Assembly: GCA_963820525.1 (NCBI GenBank)
Contig: CAWGAA010000001.1
Coordinates: 128,001-192,000 of the forward strand
Direction: 5' to 3'
From: an uncultured Spirochaetota bacterium
GTDB taxonomy: Bacteria; Spirochaetota; Spirochaetia; SZUA-6; Fen-1364
DNA: 64,000 nucleotides
A program made the translations under genes and the position numbers. Positions 45,360 through 56,350 of this stretch are shown here, in pieces. The notes under the pieces were generated by a model. That model saw only the letters and a list, made by a program, of their open reading frames with translations, was not told the DNA's origin and did no database searches. How positions within the stretch are numbered: the stretch's first letter is position 1; every line of letters begins with the position of its first letter.

Positions 45360-47613
45360 CCTCCGCCGGCTCATGCTGCGGGCGGCGGAGGCATTCCATG
45401 CCTGGAAGGTGGAGCGGCGGACCACCATGCTCGTGGCCGGCTCGTTTTTCCTGGCGCTCGCCATTGTCCTTCTGGCCACTCAGCTCACGGGTTTTTCGCT
45501 TCCGATCCGGCCGACGGATTGGGAGGCGGGCAGGGTGGCGGAGAAGGATTTCGTGGTCGATCGGGACTTCCCCTTCGTCGACGAGAAGGCCACGGAGCTG
45601 AAGAGGGCGGCGCGCGAGAAGATCGTCCCGCCCGTATTCAGACTGAACGACGAGATCACCGCGAACGCCATCAGGAGATTCGGCTCCTTTGACAACGCCA
45701 TCCTCCGTCTCGCACGCGACCGGACCTCGGAGGAGAAGGCCTTCCTTCGCCTGCAGGTTGACTTTCCCGGGCTCTTGAGCGCAAGCGACGTGCACACCTT
45801 GATGGCGTACCCCAACCTTGAGCGGGCACTCGACGACGCGAGACGCCTCCTTCAAGACGCCCTCGATGCGGGGATCGTGGATCTTTCGGGTCATCGCGAG
45901 GAAATCGCGAACGCGGACGGCATCGAGCTGTGGAAGGACCGCGGCGCCGGCATCCAGACGGAGGAGATCCCGCTGGAAGGGCTGGGGACCGTGGAAAACC
46001 TCTCCAAAATGATGCAGGCGGACGTGAACGCCACGGTGCGCTCCGATTCCGAGAGGCGGCTTGTTCTCCTGCTCCTGCGCGCCTTTGCGGTGGAGAACGC
46101 CTTCTCCGATGCGCAGAACACCGCGGCGCACCGCGCCAGCGCGGGTCAGTCCGTGGAGCCGGTCACAGAAAAGCTCGTGAAGGGTCAGGTGCTCGCCCGC
46201 AGGGGGGACGTCATCTCCGATTCCACGGCCGCAAAGATCCGGGCTCTCGGGGAATACTCCAATACGGTGAACCTCAACGGCGTGATCGGAAGCGCCTTCT
46301 TTCTCGTTCTCGTGTTCTGCGTCTCCCTGTTCCTCTTCATTCCGAGGACGGGGGCGGGCTCGCTGCGCAGGAGCCAGATCTCCCTGATGTGCAGCCTTGG
46401 GCTGGCGTACCTCCTCCTGGCCGCGCTTTCGGTGAGGTTCTTCGCGCTGCCGGATTGGGTTCCCGCTTCGGTCATGGTGCCCGCCAGCGCCTTCTCCATG
46501 CTCGTCACGATCCTCGTCTCCAACCCCGCCGGCATTTCCTTCTCTCTCATCGCGTCCCTCGCCCTGATGCTCCTGACGGGAATGAACATTCACGCCTTCC
46601 TCTTCGCGCTGCTCAGCGGAATTGCAGGCGTGGCGGTGGTGATGAACGCGGAGAGGCGCATCGACCTCATCCGGGCCGGGCTCATCCTGGCTCTCATCGA
46701 CTGCGGCATCATCGGTGTGCTCGGTTTGCTCTCGAATTTCGATCCCGGCCGGTTTTTGCAAGCGGGGGGCTGGGCGGCTTTCAACGGCCTCGCCTGTGGG
46801 GTGCTCTCCCTCGGGTTCCTGCCCGTCTTCGAGCACCTGCTGAACGCTCCGACGCGGTTCCGCCTCATGGAGCTCTCGGACCTCAACTCCCCGATCTTCA
46901 AGCGGATGCTCTCCCTGGCGCCGGGGACCTACACGCATTCGATCAGCGTCGCCAACCTGGCGGAAAGCGCCTGTGAGGCGATCGGCGCGAATGCCCTGCT
47001 GGCCCGCGTGAGCGCCTACTACCACGACATCGGCAAGATCGATCAGGCCGACTATTTCATCGAGAACCAGAAGACGTTCAACAAGCACGACGACATGAGG
47101 GCCAGCCTTTCAGCGGCGGTGATAAAGAGCCACGTGCGCATCGGCGTGGAGAAGGCCAGGGAGCTGGCCCTCCCTCAGGCCATCGTTGACATCATCGCCC
47201 AGCACCACGGCCGGGGGCTCATCACCTATTTCTACCACCGGGCGGTGAACGAGGAAAAAAACCCCCGCGTGTCCCGCGATGATTACTCCTATCACGGGGT
47301 CAGGCCGAAGACCAAGGAAGCGGCAGTGCTCATGCTCGCCGACACCGTCGAGGCCGCCTCCCGAACCCTCAAGAGGCCCACCGAGGCGCGCCTCGAACGC
47401 TTCGTCTGGGACATCGTCATGGACAAGTTCCACTCCGGCGAGCTCGCCGACTCCAACCTGACCCTCAAGGACCTGGAGACCGTCAAGCGAAGCTTCGTGC
47501 GCATTCTCCAGGGTTACTTCCACGCGCGCATCGAGTACCCCAAGCTCCGGCGCGGCAAGGGGGAGCCGGGGCCGCTGGGCTCCGCGGACCAGGCCCGGGA
47601 GTCGCTGTCGTGA
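45337..47613 (+). CDS. 7TM-7TMR-HD phosphohydrolase (PgpH-like, possible c-di-AMP phosphodiesterase)
   Basis: Periplasmic domain; about 7 TMs; APGTYTHS, YYHDIGK, YFIENQ, QHHG, MLADTVEAASR. Confidence 0.9.
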   Translation: MRQLTKSSLRRLMLRAAEAFHAWKVERRTTMLVAGSFFLALAIVLLATQLTGFSLPIRPTDWEAGRVAEKDFVVDRDFPFVDEKATELKRAAREKIVPPVFRLNDEITANAIRRFGSFDNAILRLARDRTSEEKAFLRLQVDFPGLLSASDVHTLMAYPNLERALDDARRLLQDALDAGIVDLSGHREEIANADGIELWKDRGAGIQTEEIPLEGLGTVENLSKMMQADVNATVRSDSERRLVLLLLRAFAVENAFSDAQNTAAHRASAGQSVEPVTEKLVKGQVLARRGDVISDSTAAKIRALGEYSNTVNLNGVIGSAFFLVLVFCVSLFLFIPRTGAGSLRRSQISLMCSLGLAYLLLAALSVRFFALPDWVPASVMVPASAFSMLVTILVSNPAGISFSLIASLALMLLTGMNIHAFLFALLSGIAGVAVVMNAERRIDLIRAGLILALIDCGIIGVLGLLSNFDPGRFLQAGGWAAFNGLACGVLSLGFLPVFEHLLNAPTRFRLMELSDLNSPIFKRMLSLAPGTYTHSISVANLAESACEAIGANALLARVSAYYHDIGKIDQADYFIENQKTFNKHDDMRASLSAAVIKSHVRIGVEKARELALPQAIVDIIAQHHGRGLITYFYHRAVNEEKNPRVSRDDYSYHGVRPKTKEAAVLMLADTVEAASRTLKRPTEARLERFVWDIVMDKFHSGELADSNLTLKDLETVKRSFVRILQGYFHARIEYPKLRRGKGEPGPLGSADQARESLS

Positions 47614-48071
47614 GCCGTGTGGAGGTCGTGGCCTCGGGCCTCGCGCGCCCCCGCTGGAGCCCACGGCTTTCCCGTTTCTGCCGCGCGGCCCTCAAGATCA
47701 TGGGCCACGCGGACTGGGAGGTGTCGATCCTGCTCTGCGACGATGAGACGATGCGCTCGCTCAATAAGAAGTACCGGGGAACGGACTCCTCGACGGACGT
47801 GCTCTCCTTCCGCCAGGGCGATGAGGAGTCGCCGGGATGTTCGGCGGCTGTCGGCGATGTCGCCATCTCCCTGGACACCCTTCGGGCCAATGCCGGCAAG
47901 CTGGGGCTTTCAGAGGATGAGGAGCTGAAGCGGCTGGCGGTTCACGGACTGCTCCACCTGGCGGGGATGGACCACGGGAGGGGCAGGAGCGGGGCCATGC
48001 TCACGCTTCAGGAAAAGCTCTTGAGGGATCTCGCCGGACAGCATATCGTATCGTCACGCTCGCACCGATAG
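47610..48071 (+). CDS. ybeY: rRNA maturation RNase YbeY
   Basis: LNKKYRG..STDVLSF; HGLLHLAGMDH. Confidence 0.95.
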   Translation: MSRVEVVASGLARPRWSPRLSRFCRAALKIMGHADWEVSILLCDDETMRSLNKKYRGTDSSTDVLSFRQGDEESPGCSAAVGDVAISLDTLRANAGKLGLSEDEELKRLAVHGLLHLAGMDHGRGRSGAMLTLQEKLLRDLAGQHIVSSRSHR

Positions 48072-48103
48072 TGTAAAGTGAGAGGGGAGGGGCCTCGAAG
48101 GGT

Positions 48104-50083
48104 ATGCGCAGAGCTTACGGTCTGGTCTTCGCGCTGCTCGCGTTGGCGCTGGCTGCGCCGGCGGTGTCGGCCCAGGACGCGATCGGGCTGTACCGCGCAG
48201 GAAGCGACGCGCAGGCTTCCGGCGACTACTACCAGGCGATAGAAAAGTTCAAGTCGGCCCTTGGCGCCAACCCGACATATCTGGCCCCGATGATCGGCCT
48301 GGCCGAGTGTTTCTTCCTCCTGGAGGAATACGACGAGGCGGCGCGATGGGTCTCTGCGGCGAAAAAATACGACAGGGACGATCCCGACCTCGCTGTGCTG
48401 GAAGGACGGATCGACATCGGCCGGGGAGACATCTCTTCGGCGCGCTCGCTCTTCCAGTCCGTGCTCTCACGCCAGCCGAACAATCTGGAGGCCCGCTTCG
48501 GCATGGCGGAGGCCGAGGTGTCGGAGGGAAGGGCGAAGGAGGCCCTCTCCCGGTACTCCCAGACCCTGAAGATGGCACCGGAGAGCTCCAAGGCGCTGCT
48601 TTCCCTCGCGCTGCTCTCCGATGAGATGGGAGACCAGACCGCGGCGTCGAGGTATTTCGACCTGGTGCTTCGAAGCCACTCCGATGATCCGCAGGTCGAG
48701 CTGGAGGCGGCAAGCTGGTACGCGCGCCGCGGCAGCCTCACCGATGCAGAGAAACGCGCCAGGATAGCGCTCTCCTTGAAGCCGGGCCTTCAAGCAGCCC
48801 AGCTCCTCCTCGGCGCCATCTTTCTGCAGAGCGGCCGCCCCCAGGACGCGATCGACGCCTACCGGCAGGTGGTTTCAGCAAACCGGGAGGAGGCGCTCGC
48901 CTGGTACGGCCTGGGCGTCGCCTATGCTCGGAACAAGGATACGACGAATGCCCTCGGAAGCCTGGGGACCGCGCTCTCGATCCGGCCACAGGACGAGGTG
49001 TCCAGAATCGCGGCGGAAAGCATTGCCCTCGATTTCCTGAAAATGGACGACCCTCAACGGCAGAAGCTGGCCGCCTACCATGTGAAGCTGGGATCCGAGC
49101 TGGAGAGCCAGAGCTTCCTCGACCGCGCGCTGGCCGAATACAGGAGGGCCCTGCTCCTGGATCCCATCTCCCGGGACGCGAGGGTTGCCTACGCCCGCAT
49201 CTTTCTCACCATGGGATTCCCTGCCAAGTACCTGAACGAGCTCCAGGTTCTCTCCAAGCTCGGCGTGAAAGACACCTTCGTGAGCGACGAGATCGAGACC
49301 TACACGAGCCGACTCGCCGATTCCCTTTCCGCCTCATGGGGCGTGGACCAGTTCGCCATAGATCGGCGGAAGTACACAGTCCCCGTATTCACGGTCTCCT
49401 CGACGAACCGGCTGTTCCATCCCCAGTCAAGCGATCTCCTCGCCCGCTTTTTCACCGACATGCTGCTGCGCTACGACTCCCTTTCCATTCCGGCCGGTCC
49501 TCCCGCCGTATCCGGTGTGGACGAGGCGTTCCGCAGCGCGCGGGAAAAAGGGAGCGACTACTTTCTCCTTCTCGGCTTCGACGAGTCTGAGCGGAGCTTC
49601 TCGGCCGACGCGGATCTGTATCTCTCCGCGACCGGCGAGCGTGTGGCATCCTACGGGGGCTTTCGCACGGGAAACGACAGGATCCGGGACGATTTTATCA
49701 AGATCGGCGCCCAGCTGGCCTCGGCGCTTCCCCTGCGGGGGACGCTCCAGAGCCGGAAGCTGGACCAGGGCCTGATCGACCTCGGCTCCTTTTCCGGGGC
49801 CAAGAAAAACGATTCCCTCGTCGTTGTCAGGCGGGATACCGTGCGCCTCGATCCACAGGCGCCGGGACTCCTCTACGCGGATTCGGATGTGCTGGGAACC
49901 TTCACCATACAGGCCGCCGACGAGGGAGTCGCCGCGGGGAACCTCCAGAGGAAGGGGTACTTCGATTTCATCAATCCCGGGGACGAAGTAGTGTATCCCG
50001 TGGCGAAGAAAGAGCAGGCCCCCCTGCAACCGGCCCCCCGGAAGGGCAATATCCTCACACGCCTGTTCGGAATCAAGGGCTGA
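48104..50083 (+). CDS. Exported TPR-repeat protein
   Basis: Signal peptide; many TPR units (AL..NP, ALSLKP, ALLLDP). Confidence 0.85.
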   Translation: MRRAYGLVFALLALALAAPAVSAQDAIGLYRAGSDAQASGDYYQAIEKFKSALGANPTYLAPMIGLAECFFLLEEYDEAARWVSAAKKYDRDDPDLAVLEGRIDIGRGDISSARSLFQSVLSRQPNNLEARFGMAEAEVSEGRAKEALSRYSQTLKMAPESSKALLSLALLSDEMGDQTAASRYFDLVLRSHSDDPQVELEAASWYARRGSLTDAEKRARIALSLKPGLQAAQLLLGAIFLQSGRPQDAIDAYRQVVSANREEALAWYGLGVAYARNKDTTNALGSLGTALSIRPQDEVSRIAAESIALDFLKMDDPQRQKLAAYHVKLGSELESQSFLDRALAEYRRALLLDPISRDARVAYARIFLTMGFPAKYLNELQVLSKLGVKDTFVSDEIETYTSRLADSLSASWGVDQFAIDRRKYTVPVFTVSSTNRLFHPQSSDLLARFFTDMLLRYDSLSIPAGPPAVSGVDEAFRSAREKGSDYFLLLGFDESERSFSADADLYLSATGERVASYGGFRTGNDRIRDDFIKIGAQLASALPLRGTLQSRKLDQGLIDLGSFSGAKKNDSLVVVRRDTVRLDPQAPGLLYADSDVLGTFTIQAADEGVAAGNLQRKGYFDFINPGDEVVYPVAKKEQAPLQPAPRKGNILTRLFGIKG

Positions 50084-50098
50084 AGCGGCTCTCTCCCG

Positions 50099-50127
50099 TT
50101 GACACTCCCCCCTCTTTTCCCTATATT
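50099..50127 (+). promoter_or_regulatory. Sigma70 promoter of the pgk-tpiA-secG operon
   Basis: TTGACA-N17-TATATT. Confidence 0.75.
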
Positions 50128-50175
50128 CGTGCAGATCTCTAACCTCATATTTCCACCGGGCTAAGGAGCATGGAG

Positions 50176-51360
50176 ATGGCCAAGAAGAGCGTCCGAGACA
50201 TCGACCTCAAGAACAAGAAGGTGCTGGCACGGGTTGACTTCAACGTCCCGCTCAAGGACGGCGCGATCACGGACGACACGCGGATCACCGCCGCGCTGCC
50301 CACGCTGAAGTACATCCTGGACCAGAAGGGAGCCAAGCTCATCCTCATGAGCCACCTCGGCCGGCCGAAGAAGGGCCCCGACAAGGAGAACTCGCTGGCT
50401 CCCGTGGCCAAGAGGCTCTCGGAGCTCCTGGGCAGGAAGGTCACACTGGCCCCGGACTGCATCGGGCCCGAGGCGGAGAAGGCCGTCGCGGCCATGAAGC
50501 CCGGAGACGTCGTCCTTCTGGAGAATGTCCGCTTCCATCCCGAGGAGGAGAAGAACGATCCCGCTTTCGCCAAGGCGCTCTCCTCACTCGGAGACGTCTA
50601 CGTGAACGACGCGTTCGGAACCGCCCACAGGGCGCACGCATCCACGGAAGGCGTTGCCCGCTATCTTCCCGCCGTGGCCGGCTTCCTGATGGAGAAGGAG
50701 ATCACGTTCCTCGGCGGGGTTCTTGAAAACCCTGCCAAGCCCTTTGTCGCAGTCATCGGCGGCGCGAAGGTCTCCACCAAGATCGCCGTCCTCCAGTCTC
50801 TCCTGCCCAAGGTAAGCACGTTCATCATCGGCGGCGGAATGGCGTATACATTCCTCAAGGCGAAGGGGATCTCGGTCGGCAAGTCCCTCGTGGAGGAAGA
50901 GTTCGCCAAGACGGCATCGGACTTCCTCGAGGCCGCCGAGAAGGCGAAGGTCGAGGTCCTCCTGCCCGTGGACCACAAGGTTGCACCCGAGTTCTCGGAG
51001 AGCGCGAAGGCGGAGCTTGTTGACGGAGTCAACGTTCCCGAGGGCAAGGTCGCGATGGACGTCGGCCCCAAGAGCCTCGCCCTTTTCCGCGACCGGATCG
51101 CAAAAGCGAAAACAGTGGTCTGGAACGGACCCCTGGGGGTGTTCGAGTTCGCCGAGTTCAGCCAGGGAACCCTGGAGCTCGCCAAGATGGTGGCGGCGTG
51201 CCCCGGCGTCACCGTGGTGGGCGGAGGGGACTCCGTCGCCGCCGTGAACAAGTTCGGCCTCGCCGACAAGATAAAGCACGTTTCGACCGGCGGCGGCGCT
51301 TCCCTCGAGTTCCTCGAGGGCAAGGAGCTTCCCGGCATCACGGCTCTGCAATCGAAGTAG
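50176..51360 (+). CDS. pgk: Phosphoglycerate kinase
   Basis: [46 protein letters not shown] spacing favours ATG 50176. Confidence 0.98.
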   Translation: MAKKSVRDIDLKNKKVLARVDFNVPLKDGAITDDTRITAALPTLKYILDQKGAKLILMSHLGRPKKGPDKENSLAPVAKRLSELLGRKVTLAPDCIGPEAEKAVAAMKPGDVVLLENVRFHPEEEKNDPAFAKALSSLGDVYVNDAFGTAHRAHASTEGVARYLPAVAGFLMEKEITFLGGVLENPAKPFVAVIGGAKVSTKIAVLQSLLPKVSTFIIGGGMAYTFLKAKGISVGKSLVEEEFAKTASDFLEAAEKAKVEVLLPVDHKVAPEFSESAKAELVDGVNVPEGKVAMDVGPKSLALFRDRIAKAKTVVWNGPLGVFEFAEFSQGTLELAKMVAACPGVTVVGGGDSVAAVNKFGLADKIKHVSTGGGASLEFLEGKELPGITALQSK

Positions 51361-51367
51361 GCGCGCG

Positions 51368-52123
51368 ATGAGACAGAAGTTCATAGCCGGCAACTGGAAG
51401 ATGTACAAGACAACGGGGGAGGCATCGGCGCTCGCCCGCACGCTCGTCTCCGCCCTTTCCTTGGAGAAGGGAAAGAGGATCATGGTGGCTCCTCCCTACA
51501 CAGCCCTTCACGCGGCGCGGGAGGCGCTTGCCGGCTCCCCGATACTGCTGGGGGCCCAGAACTCGGCCCAGGAGCTGGAGGGCGCGCACACGGGAGAGGT
51601 ATCTCCCCGGATGCTGAAGGACGCGGGCGTCTCCGTGGTCATCCTCGGACATTCCGAGCGCCGTCACGTCTACGGTGAAGTCGACTCCCTCATCAACAAG
51701 AAGGTTCGTCTCGCACTCTCCGAAGGCCTCGAGGTCATCCTCTGCGTGGGGGAGACCCTCGGCGAACGGCAGGGGGGCGTCACGGAAAAGGTGGTGGAGA
51801 CGCAGCTTGTGGGAGGCCTCGCCTCGGTGGATACCGCGGCCTTCGCGCGTGTGACCATCGCCTACGAGCCCGTGTGGGCCATCGGTACCGGGAAAAACGC
51901 GACCCCCGCAGACGCTGACTCGGTGCACCGCTTCATCCGCGGTGTGATCACGCGCCTGTACGGGAAGACGCAGGCCGAAAACATCACGATTCAATACGGC
52001 GGATCGGTGAAGCCGGACAACATCAGGGACCTCATGAAAATGGAGAACATCGACGGCGCCCTCGTGGGAGGGGCCTCCCTGAAGGCTGAAACGTTCCTGC
52101 CGATAGTGCAGTTCGATCGGTAA
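51368..52123 (+). CDS. tpiA: Triosephosphate isomerase
   Basis: AGNWKM, GHSERR, AYEPVWAIGTG, YGGSVK, LVGGASL. Confidence 0.98.
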   Translation: MRQKFIAGNWKMYKTTGEASALARTLVSALSLEKGKRIMVAPPYTALHAAREALAGSPILLGAQNSAQELEGAHTGEVSPRMLKDAGVSVVILGHSERRHVYGEVDSLINKKVRLALSEGLEVILCVGETLGERQGGVTEKVVETQLVGGLASVDTAAFARVTIAYEPVWAIGTGKNATPADADSVHRFIRGVITRLYGKTQAENITIQYGGSVKPDNIRDLMKMENIDGALVGGASLKAETFLPIVQFDR

Positions 52124-52136
52124 GGGGGATTTCGAT

Positions 52137-52541
52137 ATGGGTCTTATCAGCATTGCCGTCCTCGTGATCCTGGTGATCAGCGCGATACTCCTCGTGCTCG
52201 TCATCCTCATCCAGGACGAGGAAGGTGAGGGGATCGGCGGTCTATTCGGCGGCGGAAGCTCGACTCCCTTCGGCTCCCGGTCGGGAAACGTGCTCACGAA
52301 GTTCACCGCCGTGCTTGCGACGATATTCCTGTTCTGCGCATTCGCCCTGGCGTGGCTCAACCGCTCTCCCGAAGTCGGCAACGTCATCGGCAAGGCCAGG
52401 CAGCAGAGCATCCAGACCGGCCAGAGTAACGAGTGGTGGATCCAGCTCTCCAAACCGCCCACCGGCGACCAGGGGAAGCCAAACTCTCCCGCCCAGCCCG
52501 ACGGCGCGGTGCCTGCGGCCGGGGATTCGGGAGGAAAATAG
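52137..52541 (+). CDS. secG: Preprotein translocase subunit SecG
   Basis: Two TMs flanking LIQ..GIGGLFGGG..FG; LTKFT. Confidence 0.93.
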   Translation: MGLISIAVLVILVISAILLVLVILIQDEEGEGIGGLFGGGSSTPFGSRSGNVLTKFTAVLATIFLFCAFALAWLNRSPEVGNVIGKARQQSIQTGQSNEWWIQLSKPPTGDQGKPNSPAQPDGAVPAAGDSGGK

Positions 52542-53024
52542 GTGGCGCTGCTTCTCGCGGAGCTCTTCACGCCGGGGCGCATCAAGACCGACCTCGAGGC
52601 GGAGGACAAGCCGGAGGTTTTCGAGGAGCTCGTGGACCTGCTGGTGACACAGTACATGCTCGATTGCAGAGACGAGATCCTCGAAGCCATCAGGGTCCGC
52701 GAGGAGAAGATGTCCACCGGAATCAAGAGGGGCATCGCGATACCGCACGCGAAAACCTCCCTCACAAAGGGTGTCATCGGCGTCCTGGGAATCTCTCGCA
52801 GGGGCATCGATTACGAGTCCCTGGACGGCGAGCCGGTGCACCTGCTCTTTCTCATGGTGAGCTCGGAGGATGATGCCGGCCAGCATCTCGCTGCGCTCAA
52901 GAAGATCGCCCTGCTCGTGGAGAATCCCGACTTCTACTCCGAGATGCTCGCCGCGAGCGATCCTGAGAAAGTGAATAGGATCATCCGCAAGCACGAGGAG
53001 ATCCTCGATTCCCAGGAATCCTGA
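52542..53024 (+). CDS. PTS EIIA (fructose/Ntr type)
   Basis: REEKMSTGIKRGIAIPHA; GIDYESLDGEPV; QHLAAL. Confidence 0.9.
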   Translation: MALLLAELFTPGRIKTDLEAEDKPEVFEELVDLLVTQYMLDCRDEILEAIRVREEKMSTGIKRGIAIPHAKTSLTKGVIGVLGISRRGIDYESLDGEPVHLLFLMVSSEDDAGQHLAALKKIALLVENPDFYSEMLAASDPEKVNRIIRKHEEILDSQES

Positions 53025-53042
53025 AAAAGCGACGGTGGGAGA

Positions 53043-53348
53043 ATGTCGGACATTCTTGACAAGCTTCTGGGCATAGAGAAGGACGCTTCCGGGCTGACAG
53101 CGGAGGCGGAGGCGGAAGCCAATCGGAGGAAGACCCTCGCCCGGATCGAAGCCCAGAAAGAGCACACCCGGTTGCTTGCGGAGAAGGCCCGGGAGATCGA
53201 GAGCCGCATCGCCGAAGAGCGCGCGCGGCTCGCCGAGGAGCGGGAGCTGAAGAACCGCGCCTATGCCGAGGGCTTGCGCACGCGGCCCCTGAGCGTCGAG
53301 GAGTTCCGCCGAGCGCTGCTCGCCTTCATCAGCTCCGAACGCGCATAG
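53043..53348 (+). CDS. V/A-type ATPase peripheral stalk subunit G/H
   Basis: Charged coiled coil (IEKDA...AEAEA); first gene of the ATPase operon. Confidence 0.7.
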   Translation: MSDILDKLLGIEKDASGLTAEAEAEANRRKTLARIEAQKEHTRLLAEKAREIESRIAEERARLAEERELKNRAYAEGLRTRPLSVEEFRRALLAFISSERA

Positions 53349-53362
53349 GGAAGGCGCCCACG

Positions 53363-54355
53363 ATGCTGCGCACCTTCAGGTATGCCTTCATCCTCGCCAA
53401 GATCTACGGGATCCTTTCCAAGTCGTTCATCGGAGAAAACTACCGGGAGATCCTCCGCCTGCGCACCGTGAGCGACGTGTACGATCGTCTCTTTCCCGGC
53501 AAGCGTTCAGAGCTTCCCGAATACCAGCTTACCTCGGAGCTGGAGCGCAGGGTGGTGGAGGCCGCCATCTCCACGCTGATCTCTGTGCTCGACCTGTTGG
53601 GTTCTCCCGAGCCTATCCTCGTTCACATGCTTCGAAAGTACGAGTATCAGGGGCTGAAGTCGGTGGTCCGGGGCATCGTGAACTCCCAAGTCGCCGAGTC
53701 CGCGGTCTGGGACCTGGGACGCTACGGGGGAATAGAGCTCGCCGGTTCGAAGGACTACGAGAAATCAATCAACCAAAGCCAGTATTCCTGGATCATGCCC
53801 CTCGTGAACGCCACCCCCCTTGTGGGAATCGAGAATGCGCTGGACCGGGACTACTACACGAAGCTTCAGAAACTTGCCCGTGAGCTGCCCCCAAAAGACC
53901 GCTCCGGGGTCTCCCGCCTCGTGTCGCTGGAAATCGTCCTGGCAAACGTGATCTGGGCTTTCCGGCTGCGGTTCTATTTCGGGCTCGACGAAGAGAAGGC
54001 AAAGGACCTCCTCATTCCCGGGATGGTGGACGCCGAACGGAGAGCCGTGATGCAGGTATTCGATATTCCCTCGGATTCCCTGGAAGGCTGGCGGAAGTGG
54101 AAGTTCGGCTGGCTCATTGAAGACCAGCTGAGCGAGGTCTTCCAGGCGCCCGACCCGATACGAGCGGAGCAGAACGCGACACGGAGGCTTTACACGCGGT
54201 CGCACCAGCTCTTCCACCAGGACCCTTTCACGCTTACCCCCCTGGTGGCGTTCTTCAAGCTCAAGGAATATGAAGCAAGCCTCCTTTCGACGGCCGTCGA
54301 GGCGCTTCGCCTATCGGTTTCGGAACAGGAGGTCCTCACTCTCCTCGGGGTGTAA
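53363..54355 (+). CDS. atpC: V/A-type ATPase subunit C
   Basis: YAFILAKIYG, ENALDRDYY, NVIWAFRLRFYF; position before subunit I. Confidence 0.85.
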   Translation: MLRTFRYAFILAKIYGILSKSFIGENYREILRLRTVSDVYDRLFPGKRSELPEYQLTSELERRVVEAAISTLISVLDLLGSPEPILVHMLRKYEYQGLKSVVRGIVNSQVAESAVWDLGRYGGIELAGSKDYEKSINQSQYSWIMPLVNATPLVGIENALDRDYYTKLQKLARELPPKDRSGVSRLVSLEIVLANVIWAFRLRFYFGLDEEKAKDLLIPGMVDAERRAVMQVFDIPSDSLEGWRKWKFGWLIEDQLSEVFQAPDPIRAEQNATRRLYTRSHQLFHQDPFTLTPLVAFFKLKEYEASLLSTAVEALRLSVSEQEVLTLLGV

Positions 54356-54358
54356 AAG

Positions 54359-56350
54359 ATGTTCACCGAGCGCATGAAGAAAATCGAGCTTCTCGTACTC
54401 AAGCGCGACATGGACGACGTGCTGCGGTATCTCGGATTCGCCGGATGCATGCAGCTCATCGCGGAGGCTCGCTCCGAGAGGGAGGTCAATCCGGAAGAGA
54501 GGGAGATCGCTGACCTTCGGGGAAAGATCGAGTCCGTGGCCCGTTTCCTCGGCATCACGGGATCCGGCTCCCGGTCGTCCTCCTCCACGGCCATGGAGCG
54601 GCGCGAGCTCATCGAGACGTCCCAGAAGCTCATCGACGGGCTTGCCGGCATGGTAGAAGAGGAGAGCCGCCTCCTTCAGGAGAAGCTCAACCTCAAGCAG
54701 TCTGCGGAAGAGCTTTCTGCTTTCGCCAACCTGAAGGTGGCCTTCAACGAGCTGGAACATCTCACCTACCTCTCCTTCAGGCTTGGTTCGGTCCAGCCGG
54801 AAAGCATCCCGGAGCTCTCCCGGCTTCTGGAAAAGCGGGCCCTCATCGTGCCCCTCAGCCGGCCCGGCTTTATCATGGCGATTTCCACCAAGAAAGGCCG
54901 CTGGGCGCTGGATTCCGAGCTGAAGAAGGTGGGATTCCAGGAGGCGAAGTTCCCTCAAGATCTCAAGGGAATCCCGGCGGAGGTCCTGCCTGCCATTACG
55001 CAAAGCCTTTCCTTTGCCGAAGGGGCCCTTGCGGCATTGGAAAAGAGGAAGGAAGAGTTCCGCGCCCATTCGCGCGGGCTCGTGCAGACCCTCCTCGACA
55101 ACCTCGACCTCGACGTGTCGATCGATACCGTGAAGCAGAATCTCGCCTCGACCGGCTCGGTCCAGAGGATCTCGGGATGGATTCCCCGCAAGCGATTCGA
55201 GGAGGTCGTCGCCGGCCTCGAAAAAATAACACGGGGCAGCATCGCGATCCGCGCATTCGAGCCCGAGGAGCTGCCCGAAGTGCGCTCGGGAAAGACCAAG
55301 GTCCCCGTCGTCGTCTCCCACGGACCCATCGTTCGGTCATTCGAGAGGATGGTGTTCTCCTACAGCGTGCCGCTCTACGGCACGATCGATCCCACCCCGT
55401 TCGTGGCCACCATCTTCGTCATCCTCTTTTCCATCATGTTCGGAGATGTGGGGCAGGCCCTGGTGGGGCTCATATTCGGCCTCTTGATCAGCAGCGGCAA
55501 GATCCCGGCCTTCGAGGGCTGGAGGCGGAAGAACTTCGGCACGATATTCATCGTGGTCGGGGCGGCATCAATGGTCACCGGCTTTCTCTACGGATCCTTC
55601 TTCGCCAACGAGAGAATCCTCGTGCCCGCGTCACGCTTCGTGACTCAGCTCATCGTCGGCCGTCCCATCGACCACATCATCTCCCTCCAGGGGACCACGA
55701 GAATTCTCTCCTTCTTCGGTTTCACGATCGCCGTGGGAGCCATCGTCAACACCATCGGGCTCGTCATCAATATGATAAACCAGGTGCGCCTGCGCAACTG
55801 GGAAAAGGCCATTCTCTCCAAAACCGGCCTCGCCGGAGCCGTCTTCTTCTGGTACGTGCTTTCCGTTGCCGTTCGCATTCTCCTGGGAGGCAAGTTCAAG
55901 GGCTTCGATCTGGCTCTCATAGCGGTGCCGCTGCTCGCCATCTTTTTCCGCGAGCCCATCTCCCACCTGTTCTCCGGGAAGCGGCCCATCCTGAAGGAAG
56001 GCTTCCTCTCCTTCTTCATGGAGGGGATCGTGGAGATCCTCGAGTCGGTCACCTACTACATGTCCAACTCGGTCTCGTTCCTCCGTGTCGCCGCCTTCGC
56101 GATGGCTCACACCGTCCTGTCCCTGATCGTCTTCACGATCGGAGACCTCGTGGCCTCCGCCCCGGGGGGCGTCGTGTTCCAGATCCTCATCATCGTGCTG
56201 GGAAACACCATTATCATCGTGCTGGAAGGCCTGATCGTCACGATCCAGGTCATAAGGCTGCAATACTACGAGTTCTTCTCCAAGTTCTTCACGGAGACCG
56301 GGGAAGAGTTCCGTCCCTTCACACTACACACATCGGGAGGTCCGTCATGA
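54359..56350 (+). CDS. atpI: V/A-type ATPase subunit I
   Basis: YGTIDPTPF, MFGDVGQ, SNSVSFLRV (essential Arg), RLQYYEFFSKFF. Confidence 0.95.
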   Translation: MFTERMKKIELLVLKRDMDDVLRYLGFAGCMQLIAEARSEREVNPEEREIADLRGKIESVARFLGITGSGSRSSSSTAMERRELIETSQKLIDGLAGMVEEESRLLQEKLNLKQSAEELSAFANLKVAFNELEHLTYLSFRLGSVQPESIPELSRLLEKRALIVPLSRPGFIMAISTKKGRWALDSELKKVGFQEAKFPQDLKGIPAEVLPAITQSLSFAEGALAALEKRKEEFRAHSRGLVQTLLDNLDLDVSIDTVKQNLASTGSVQRISGWIPRKRFEEVVAGLEKITRGSIAIRAFEPEELPEVRSGKTKVPVVVSHGPIVRSFERMVFSYSVPLYGTIDPTPFVATIFVILFSIMFGDVGQALVGLIFGLLISSGKIPAFEGWRRKNFGTIFIVVGAASMVTGFLYGSFFANERILVPASRFVTQLIVGRPIDHIISLQGTTRILSFFGFTIAVGAIVNTIGLVINMINQVRLRNWEKAILSKTGLAGAVFFWYVLSVAVRILLGGKFKGFDLALIAVPLLAIFFREPISHLFSGKRPILKEGFLSFFMEGIVEILESVTYYMSNSVSFLRVAAFAMAHTVLSLIVFTIGDLVASAPGGVVFQILIIVLGNTIIIVLEGLIVTIQVIRLQYYEFFSKFFTETGEEFRPFTLHTSGGPS